A program made the translations under genes and the position numbers. DNA of 64,000 bases from Gemmatimonadales bacterium (GTDB taxonomy: Bacteria > Gemmatimonadota > Gemmatimonadetes > Gemmatimonadales > GWC2-71-9), in assembly GCA_035299765.1 (NCBI GenBank), contig DATGVZ010000101.1:4184-68183 (forward strand). Reading direction: 5' to 3'. The stretch's first letter is position 1. Each line of letters begins with the position of its first letter. Below the pieces are notes generated by a model. That model had not been told where the DNA came from. It made no database searches and saw only the letters and a list, made by a program, of their open reading frames with translations. This document shows, in pieces, positions 15,640 through 22,845 of this stretch.

Positions 15640-16277
15640 GGCAGCCAGTTGCCGCCGTGCACGAGCCTCAGGAATTCGTCGCGCGTCTTGGCGTCGTCGC
15701 GGAAGGCTCCGCGCAACGCGCTGGTGACGGTCTTGGAATTCTGCTTCTCCACGCCGCGCATCATCATGCACAGGTGATATGCCTCAATCACGACACCCAC
15801 GCCCAGCGGCTTGAGCACCCCGCATAGCGCCTCGGCGACCTGATCGGTGAGCCGCTCCTGCACCTGCAGCCGGCGCGCGAACACCTCGACGACACGCGGA
15901 ATCTTGGACAGCCCGACGATCCTGCCGTTCGGCAGATAGGCGACGTGCGCCTTGCCGAAGAAGGGCAGCATGTGGTGCTCGCACATCGAGTAGATCTCGA
16001 TGTCGCGCACGCAGATCATGCTCTCGTGCTTCTCCTCGAACACGGCGTCGCCGACGACTGCTTCGACGTCCATGCCGTATCCGCGCGTCAACCACTTGAG
16101 TGAAGCCTCCACCCGCGCCGGCGTCTGTCGCAGTCCCTCACGGCTGGGGTCTTCGCCGAGCCGCTCGAGCATCTCGTGGACGAGCGTCTGGAACGGGATA
16201 CGCCCCTCCGGGTCGGGCTCCGTGTGCGACTCGTGGAAGCCGTGCAGGCTCGCGGACTTCATCTGGTCTCTCGCCAT
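15636..16277 (-). CDS. folE: GTP cyclohydrolase I
   Basis: '[18 protein letters not shown]', '[22 protein letters not shown]', 'HLCMMMRGV'. ATG at residue 50 of the track ORF. Confidence 0.93.
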   Translation of the reverse strand: MARDQMKSASLHGFHESHTEPDPEGRIPFQTLVHEMLERLGEDPSREGLRQTPARVEASLKWLTRGYGMDVEAVVGDAVFEEKHESMICVRDIEIYSMCEHHMLPFFGKAHVAYLPNGRIVGLSKIPRVVEVFARRLQVQERLTDQVAEALCGVLKPLGVGVVIEAYHLCMMMRGVEKQNSKTVTSALRGAFRDDAKTRDEFLRLVHGGNWLP

Positions 16278-16279
16278 AC

Positions 16280-16693
16280 TCACGTTCCTTCGTAGTCGAC
16301 GTAGTTGCGCTCGGTCTCCCAGAGGCGGATATGTGCCAGCCGTGCCGGCGCGACGGCGGGCGTGAGCACGCGCCACGATACCACCGCGATGTTCTCGGCT
16401 GTCGGGCTCAATTCTCGGAACCACGGCACGTCGAGATTCAGGTTCTTATGGTCCAGATGCCGCACCAGGCACTCGGTCACGATCTCCTTGAGTTTCGCGA
16501 TATCGAGGACGAATCCCGTCTCCGCATCGATCTCGCCTTCGACCGACACATCGAGGTTATAGTTATGCCCGTGAAAGTTCGGGCTGTTGCACAAACCGAA
16601 GACGCGCTCGTTCTCCGCCTCGCTCCAGCGCGGGTTATGGAGCCGGTGGGCGGCGTTGAAATGTACGCGACGTGTTACCACGCAACGCGGCAT
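16280..16693 (-). CDS. 6-pyruvoyl-tetrahydropterin synthase-type enzyme (PTPS/QueD, COG0720 family)
   Basis: 'VHFNAAHRL...[18 protein letters not shown]...GEID..TGFV.D...LK...[11 protein letters not shown]...TAENIAV' reads almost colinearly with mammalian PTPS. The Cys-to-HGH spacing is Cx5HGH. Confidence 0.88.
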   Translation of the reverse strand: MPRCVVTRRVHFNAAHRLHNPRWSEAENERVFGLCNSPNFHGHNYNLDVSVEGEIDAETGFVLDIAKLKEIVTECLVRHLDHKNLNLDVPWFRELSPTAENIAVVSWRVLTPAVAPARLAHIRLWETERNYVDYEGT

Positions 16694-16716
16694 TCCTAAA
16701 GCTACTCGGCTCCGCG

Positions 16717-17889
16717 ATGCAGGCGGGAGGCTCCGCGCTCGCCGCGCTGTGGACGTTTCCGAGCATGCTGGTGTCCGCATTCCTCGTCGCCTGGGGCGCG
16801 GAGGCGGCGCAATTCCTCATCTCGCAGGGTTTGGCGCTCGCCATCCTGGCGTGGCTCCAGACACTGCCCGAGTTCGCGATTGAAGCCGTCATCGCGTGGG
16901 AAGCGGGACGCAATCCCGAGCGAGCGCACCTCGCGATCGCCAATCTGACGGGCGCGATTCGGCTATTGCTCGGCCTCGGCTGGCCGATGATCTATTTCGT
17001 CTTCGCATTCGCGAGTCGCCGCCGCGACGGCCAGGCATTGCCCCGAATCAAGCTCGAGCCGGAGCACTCGATCGAGGTGATGGGACTCGTCCCGCCGCTG
17101 CTGTACTTCATGGTAGTGCTCTGGCGGCAGCGCATCGGCGCCATCGATGCGGTCGTGCTGATCGGGTTGTATGTCGTCTACCTGTGGATTTTGATGCGCA
17201 ACCCGCCTCGCGAAGCGGAGTCGCTCGCCGAGGCGCCGTCCGTGTCGCGGTGGGCGTACCGCCAGCCCGGCTGGAGACAGAAGGCGGCGATCGGCGGATT
17301 GTTCGCCGTGGGCGGCGGGCTGCTCTACGTCACTGCGCATCCCTTCCTCGAGTCGATGATCGCGGTTGCCGCGACACTGGGCATCAGTCAGTTCTTCCTC
17401 GTACAATGGGTCGCGCCGTTTCTGTCAGAGTTTCCGGAGTTTGTGTCGACGTTCGGATGGGCTCGCCGCGTCACGCACGCGCCGATGGCGCTCATGAACA
17501 TCGTCTCCAGCAACATCAATCAGTGGACCATTCTCGCCGCAATGATTCCGTTGCTCTACGGATTCTCGCACATGCGTCACTACGGTGTCTGGTCGGATTT
17601 CACGTTCGACATCGCACAGCGGAACGAGCTGGCCCTGACGCTGCTGCAAACGATGCTGGGGGTGCTGCTGCTCGCGAACATGGAGCTCGACTGGATGGAT
17701 GCGACCGCTCTGTTCGTGCTGTGGGTCGTGCAGTTCACGCTGCCGCAGCTGCGCGCGGAGGTGATGGTCGCCTACGGCATCTGGGCCGTGGTGCTGGTGA
17801 TCGGGTTTGTGGTCAGAGGGCAGGCGCTGCGCGCGCCCAAGCAGTTCTGGGAAACGGTCACCAAAAGACGATCGGCCGGGACTGCTTAA
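16717..17889 (+). CDS. polytopic membrane protein, probable cation/Ca2+ exchanger (CaCA-like) family
   Basis: About 10 hydrophobic segments. Two repeat-like motifs, 'LQTLPEFAIEAV' and 'LSEFPEFVSTF', resemble the alpha-repeats of Na+/Ca2+ exchanger proteins. The start is ATG 16717, or 16672 if it overlaps the divergent PTPS start. Confidence 0.45.
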   Translation: MQAGGSALAALWTFPSMLVSAFLVAWGAEAAQFLISQGLALAILAWLQTLPEFAIEAVIAWEAGRNPERAHLAIANLTGAIRLLLGLGWPMIYFVFAFASRRRDGQALPRIKLEPEHSIEVMGLVPPLLYFMVVLWRQRIGAIDAVVLIGLYVVYLWILMRNPPREAESLAEAPSVSRWAYRQPGWRQKAAIGGLFAVGGGLLYVTAHPFLESMIAVAATLGISQFFLVQWVAPFLSEFPEFVSTFGWARRVTHAPMALMNIVSSNINQWTILAAMIPLLYGFSHMRHYGVWSDFTFDIAQRNELALTLLQTMLGVLLLANMELDWMDATALFVLWVVQFTLPQLRAEVMVAYGIWAVVLVIGFVVRGQALRAPKQFWETVTKRRSAGTA

Positions 17890-18046
17890 CGCAGGCCGGC
17901 CGACCGATTACTACAGGAACGGAGAGGATTATTGAAGCCCGAGAGAATGACTGGTCCCTCACCACGAATTCTGTCTTCCCCAATCGAGGGGGCGTGACAT
18001 GGGCCGCAGTATCTGGGTCCACTATCGAGCTTGTTGGCTCAATAAT

Positions 18047-18074
18047 TTGACTCCCCGCTCCTGCGTACTAGAAT
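18047..18074 (+). promoter_or_regulatory. candidate sigma70-type promoter
   Basis: TTGACT (18047-18052), 16 nt, TAGAAT (18069-18074), inside an AT-richer spacer about 60 nt upstream of the small ORF at 18133. Confidence 0.3.
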
Positions 18075-18132
18075 ACTCCACGTCCCGCAAAGGTCAACCG
18101 CCTTGAATCTCACATTGCTCGCCGCTGTCGTA

Positions 18133-18264
18133 ATGCTGTTGATCTGGATTGTGCTCGTGTTTGTGATGCAGGTACCGAGCGGAACGGTTCATCTTCTTTA
18201 CGCGGGAGCGGTGATTCTGTGCGCGCGCCGTGTCCTCGCCGGCGCGCCGCGCTTCATCTCCTAG
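18133..18264 (+). CDS. 43-aa two-helix membrane peptide (lmo0937-family-like)
   Basis: Hand-translated as 'MLLIWIVLVFVMQVPSGTVHLLYAGAVILCARRVLAGAPRFIS*'. It is too short for the track. The pattern 'hydrophobic helix - G..H(L/I)LL..A.I' resembles lmo0937-type peptides. An in-frame TTG at 18103 is an alternative start. Confidence 0.4.
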   Translation: MLLIWIVLVFVMQVPSGTVHLLYAGAVILCARRVLAGAPRFIS

Positions 18265-19229
18265 ATCTCCCAGTTCGAGAAGAGGATGCCGTGCGCCGCG
18301 TGGCGCTCGGGGTAGCCCTCGTAGGTCATCCGTAAATCCGTCCAGCGCACGCGGTAACCGCGGGCGATCAACCGCCGAAACGCTTCGTTGTAGCGACTCT
18401 GACAGCGAACCGCGATACGGCGGATACCCGCTTTCGCGGCCGCCGCCTCGACGGCGGCAATCGCGGCATCGAACGCCGCATCGTCGCGCGCGGCCAGTTT
18501 CAAGACGCGAACTTCATCGCGCGTGCGACTGTCGGCGAGCGGCGCGGAGTGCCAGACCGCCAAGGCGTCGACCCCATCATCGCCTTCGACGACCGATGTA
18601 TCGCCGAGGCCCAGCTCGGCGGTGAGAAGGATCTCGCGGGAGAAGTCGATGCCCGCGACGAGCTCGTCGACGAGACGCCGGCCCGACTCCATCAGCGCTT
18701 CCTTGTCGGCCGTGCTGCGGTTGGAGAGCAGGACGGGCGTCGGGTGGCCACGCGTCGCGATCTCGTTGGTCAACGTGACGGTGAGAAACCCGGGCCCAAA
18801 CCCCAGTCGCGCATAAAAACCGATGTTCTCCGGCGTGCGCGGCATCGTCTCGAGACCCAGCGTCGTTACGCCACGATCGATCAGCCAGTCGGCGGCCGTC
18901 CGTACGATCGTCTTGCCGACGCCGGTGCCCTGGCGATCCGGACGCACTGCCAGAGGGCCCATCCATCCTTCGACGCCGGCTTGATGCGCGACGTTGAACG
19001 CCGCGATGTCGTCGTGCTCGTCGCGCCAGATCATCGCCCCTTCACCGGCATCGAGCAGCGCGTAGCGCCAGACGAGGGGATTGAGCTGCGGCACGCGAAC
19101 GCCGATCAGCCCGTCGCGGCGGTAGCGGTCGGTGAAGGCCTCCGCGAAGACGCGGTTCAGCCCTTCGATGTCGCGCTCGGTGGCGCGATCCGGCCCGGTT
19201 ATTCGGGTGTCAGGCAGCCACGCTCGCAT
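18261..19229 (-). CDS. GNAT family N-acetyltransferase (two GNAT-like domains)
   Basis: Acetyl-CoA motif 'LAVRPDRQGTGVGKTIV...GFYARLGF', plus a second GNAT-like half ('...IRRIAVRCQSRYNEAFRRLIARGYRV'). The start overlaps the sbcC 3' end by 20 nt. Confidence 0.8.
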   Translation of the reverse strand: MRAWLPDTRITGPDRATERDIEGLNRVFAEAFTDRYRRDGLIGVRVPQLNPLVWRYALLDAGEGAMIWRDEHDDIAAFNVAHQAGVEGWMGPLAVRPDRQGTGVGKTIVRTAADWLIDRGVTTLGLETMPRTPENIGFYARLGFGPGFLTVTLTNEIATRGHPTPVLLSNRSTADKEALMESGRRLVDELVAGIDFSREILLTAELGLGDTSVVEGDDGVDALAVWHSAPLADSRTRDEVRVLKLAARDDAAFDAAIAAVEAAAAKAGIRRIAVRCQSRYNEAFRRLIARGYRVRWTDLRMTYEGYPERHAAHGILFSNWEI

Positions 19230-21639
19230 CGGGCGGTCCTAACGTAGCAGTGTCATCACGCACGACGCTGGCACCGGTCGTGGCATCGTACGAGACGCGG
19301 ATCACCCGGTCCAATCCGTCACGCACCTGCTCGATGTGCGTGATGAGGATGACCTGCGGGAACCGGTCGCCGAGGCGACGCAGCAGCGCCAGAACGTGTT
19401 GGCGGCGCGATTCGTCGAGCGAGCCGAAGATCTCATCGAGCACGAGCAGCGACAGCGGCTGACCTGCGCGCTCCGCGATCATCTGCGAGATCGCGAGGCG
19501 CAGCACGAGATTCGCGATGTCTTCTTCACCGCCCGAGATCACGGGCTTCGGCACTCCCTCATCGAGCACGACCACGCGATAATCTTCGTCGAGGTCGACT
19601 TCGTCATAACGACCGTCGGTCAGATCGGCCAGGAATCCGGATGCCAGCGCGCCGATCTCCGGCCGCATGGCGGCGTTGAGGTCGCCGCGCAGATCGGAGA
19701 ATGCGCGATCGAGCTCGTTGTGCAGCCGCAGCTCGATCTTGCGCTCGGCGATGGTGCGCTCGCGGGCCGCTCGCTCCACCGCGCGCCGCTCGGTTTCGCG
19801 AACGGCGCCCTCCGCGGCCACCAGCTCGCCGCGCGTCTCCGCAACTGCCAGCTCCGCCGCGCGCAACGCGTGCGCCGCGCGATCGTGGCGCTCGCGAGCC
19901 GCCGCGAACTTCGGCTCTGAGAAGCCTTCGGCTTTGACGGCGTCGCCAAGTTGTCTCACCTGCTCCTCCCGCGCCGACAGCCCCTTCTCCGCCAGCTCGG
20001 CTTCGCCGACCAGCGCCTCCGCGCGATCCGCACGCGCCTTCAGCGTCGCCGCCGCCAGTGCCACCGGCTCGAGCTTTGCGAGCTCGGTGCGAACCGCGTC
20101 GTGCCGGTCTGCATTGTACCCGCTGGCCCGCGCGGCGACACGCCGCTCGATTTCCTCGGTGCGTTTGGCAAGACCGGCCCGTTCTTTCTGAAGGCGGGCG
20201 CGCTCGCCCGCCTGCGCCCGCAGGGTGCCTTCGCGTTCACTCGCCTGGCGCGCCTGGTCCCGGAGCACATCGCGGGCGGCCTCCGCCTGCGTGACGGCCG
20301 GGGGAGCGTCCGCCAGCTGCTCGAGACGCTGCCGGAAGTACGTGCCATCGTCGACGATCGCCTGGAGTTGGCGATCCAGCACGCCGAGCACCGCCGGATG
20401 TTCGCTGCCGAGCGGCCGGCGGCAGGTCGGACATTCGCCCTCGGGGCCAAGTCGCTCGATCTTGTCGCGCTGATCCTTCACCTCATCGTACTGCTTCAGC
20501 AGCTCGGCGCGCCGCGTGCCGGCATACTCTTTCTCCCGCACCCACGCGGCCTGCTGCTCCGTGGCAACTTTGTCGGCTGCTTCGAGTCGCTCGACGAGCG
20601 CTCGCGCTTCCGTCGTCGCCCGCTTCAGCGCGTCTTCCACGTCGGCAAGGTCGTCGATGTGGCGATCCAGCACGTGGAGATTGCGGGTGAGCTCGGTGAG
20701 CTTCGCCTGCTCCTCGCGCCGTGCGGCGTCTTCCCGGTGCAACCGATCGAGCTCGACAAGCTCGGCCTTGAGCTTCGAGACCGGCGCCACCTCGGCGTCG
20801 AGCTTACGCAACTCCTCCCGAGCCGACAGTGCCTCGGCGAGCTCCTTGTCCAGCCGCTGGAATTCCTGCCGCGCGACGAGCACGCCCTGCTCCGCGACAC
20901 GGAGGTCGCCATGCAGCGAGAGCGTCCGCTCGCGTCGCTCGACCCACTGCTGCCAACGCGGCTCTTCCTCGGCGAGCCCCTGCTGCGCCTTCGTACGCTC
21001 CGCGGTGGCCGCCGTGGCAGCCTTGCGGGCATCCGTCAGGCGCGCTTCCGCAGCTTTGCGCTCCTTCTCCAGCTCGGCCTGCGGCGGCAATCCCGTCTCG
21101 AGTCCATCGACCTCGTGTCCGAGGGCGTTCCGGCGCTCGCGAATTCGTTCCTGGGCGATCGTGAGATGTTCGTGACGGAGCACGCGGGAGAGAAATGCGG
21201 CCCGCTCCGGGCGCGTCGCGTCCGCGAGCACGGCGAGCTCTTTCTGTCCGGTGAAGTACGTATTGAAGAACTCGGCGTGCGTCATACCCAGCACGCGCTG
21301 CAAGCGCGCCGTGACTTCTTTCAGCGAGTTGGCGACGACGGCGCCGTCCTGATACAGCTCGGCGTTATTGAGACCACGCTCGACGCGATAGGCGTGGGTG
21401 CCGAGGCTGAATTCCAATTCGACCAGGACTTGGGCGCGCGCTTTCGCGCGCAGGTTGCGGATCGAGTCCTTGTCGCCGCGCGCCGCGACGTTGCCGTAAA
21501 TCGCCCAGGCGATCGCCTCGAGGAGTGACGTCTTGCCTGAGCCGTTGGGGCCGATGATGCCGGTCAGCCCATCGCCAAACACAATCTCGGTATCGGCGTG
21601 CTGGCGGAAGTTGACGAGCCGCAGCCGATGCAATTTCAC
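19210..21639 (-). CDS. sbcC: Rad50/SbcC-type DNA repair ATPase
   Basis: Walker A 'GPNGSGKTS', long coiled coil with zinc hook 'GECPTCRRPL', signature 'ISGGEEDIANL', Walker B 'LLVLDEIFGSLD'. GTG at 21639 overlaps the sbcD stop (GTGA). Confidence 0.9.
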   Translation of the reverse strand: MKLHRLRLVNFRQHADTEIVFGDGLTGIIGPNGSGKTSLLEAIAWAIYGNVAARGDKDSIRNLRAKARAQVLVELEFSLGTHAYRVERGLNNAELYQDGAVVANSLKEVTARLQRVLGMTHAEFFNTYFTGQKELAVLADATRPERAAFLSRVLRHEHLTIAQERIRERRNALGHEVDGLETGLPPQAELEKERKAAEARLTDARKAATAATAERTKAQQGLAEEEPRWQQWVERRERTLSLHGDLRVAEQGVLVARQEFQRLDKELAEALSAREELRKLDAEVAPVSKLKAELVELDRLHREDAARREEQAKLTELTRNLHVLDRHIDDLADVEDALKRATTEARALVERLEAADKVATEQQAAWVREKEYAGTRRAELLKQYDEVKDQRDKIERLGPEGECPTCRRPLGSEHPAVLGVLDRQLQAIVDDGTYFRQRLEQLADAPPAVTQAEAARDVLRDQARQASEREGTLRAQAGERARLQKERAGLAKRTEEIERRVAARASGYNADRHDAVRTELAKLEPVALAAATLKARADRAEALVGEAELAEKGLSAREEQVRQLGDAVKAEGFSEPKFAAARERHDRAAHALRAAELAVAETRGELVAAEGAVRETERRAVERAARERTIAERKIELRLHNELDRAFSDLRGDLNAAMRPEIGALASGFLADLTDGRYDEVDLDEDYRVVVLDEGVPKPVISGGEEDIANLVLRLAISQMIAERAGQPLSLLVLDEIFGSLDESRRQHVLALLRRLGDRFPQVILITHIEQVRDGLDRVIRVSYDATTGASVVRDDTATLGPPDASVAA

Positions 21640-22844
21640 GGCGAGTCCTCGCGCGCCACCGACTCCAGGTATTCGACGCCGAGTTTCACGAACGACTCGC
21701 GGTTCAACTCGGCGTCCAGCGGCCGGCGGCCGAGGAAGTCGCGAACCGTCTCGGCGAGGGTTTGGCGACGCACTCCCGCGCCGCCGACCGTTCCCGCTCC
21801 GCGCTGCGACTCGGGACGCCGCAAATCCAAATGGAAGTTCAGGGCGCGGGCTTTGTATTCGCGGATCGCCGCGTGGTCCAGATCGCGGGCGACAGACCGG
21901 TCGACATCCCACACCAGTAGACGCACGATTTGATCATCGATCTTCGCACCGGTCATTCGCTCGGCGATCTGCGCGTCCAGCTCTTTGGCGTTCAATCCAG
22001 CCGCCTGGACCGGGGGCAAGTCGAGATGGCGCCGGACTGGGGTGATGGGACGGAACGAGACACGCGCGCTCTTGACGTCAACGAGCAAGTAGCCTTTGCC
22101 GGTGCGCTCGGGCTTTCCCTTCGTCCCACCCCGAGTGCTGCGCTGCGCAGCCTCGTCCTGGAGCTGGCCCCACGGGTTCGGCGGCAGATACTCGAGACTA
22201 CCTGAGTACCACGCGTTGGTTGCGATCGACTGCGCGGTGTGATAGTGGCCGAGTGCGATGTAATTCCATTTCTCGGGCGCGAGCAGCTCCCGAGAGAGCT
22301 GCGCACCTCCGTACTCCATCGTGCCTCGTTCCTCACCGAGGCCGCCGTGCACGCCATGCGAGACGAGCACGTTGAGCGTGGGTCCGCCAGACTCGGGGCG
22401 AAGCGCCGGGCGTTCTGCCTGTGCCAGCGCTTGATGCGGCACGGCGAGCACAGCACAGTCGAGTTTGGGATAAACGATCCGGCGCGGCTCTTCGATCGCG
22501 ATGTCCACGCCCAAAGCTTCATAGAGCCGCAGGATGGTACCGGTTTCGGTCGAGCGCGGCGTGTCGTGCTCCCCGGCAACCGCGACGATCGGTGATGCGG
22601 GCAAACCGGTGCGCAGCCGGTGCAGCTCGCGGAAGAAGAACAGAATCGCGGCGTTGGTGGGCCGCACGGAGTGAAAGATGTCTCCGGCGATGACGATCAG
22701 ATCCGGTTGCTGTTCGAGCAGGTCGTCCACTGCCCGGCGGAACACTTCCGCGATATCCGCCTCGCGCTGATTCGTGCCCTTCGGCGTCTGGCGATCGAAC
22801 TGCCGGAAGCCGAGGTGCAAGTCGGCGAGGTGCGCGAGTCTCAT
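21636..22844 (-). CDS. sbcD: Mre11/SbcD-type nuclease (calcineurin-like metallophosphoesterase)
   Basis: 'HLADLHLG', 'IAGDIFH', 'VAGEHD', 'VSHG', 'LGHYH'. ATG at 22844 sits 1 nt after the herA stop. ATG 22859 is the alternative start. Confidence 0.85.
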   Translation of the reverse strand: MRLAHLADLHLGFRQFDRQTPKGTNQREADIAEVFRRAVDDLLEQQPDLIVIAGDIFHSVRPTNAAILFFFRELHRLRTGLPASPIVAVAGEHDTPRSTETGTILRLYEALGVDIAIEEPRRIVYPKLDCAVLAVPHQALAQAERPALRPESGGPTLNVLVSHGVHGGLGEERGTMEYGGAQLSRELLAPEKWNYIALGHYHTAQSIATNAWYSGSLEYLPPNPWGQLQDEAAQRSTRGGTKGKPERTGKGYLLVDVKSARVSFRPITPVRRHLDLPPVQAAGLNAKELDAQIAERMTGAKIDDQIVRLLVWDVDRSVARDLDHAAIREYKARALNFHLDLRRPESQRGAGTVGGAGVRRQTLAETVRDFLGRRPLDAELNRESFVKLGVEYLESVAREDSP

Positions 22845-22845
22845 G

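Noticed and set aside
19210-21912. Long N-terminal extensions of track ORFs: sbcC to 21912, aminotransferase to 29825, deoA to 4142, folE to 16424, the permease frame from 40251, and the histidine-kinase frame from 51879.
   Set aside because: The extensions overlap the neighbouring gene, are low-complexity Arg/Pro-rich, and precede the point where family-conserved N-termini begin. In each case an ATG, GTG or TTG forming a 1-4 nt overlap with the upstream stop gives a product of the expected length.
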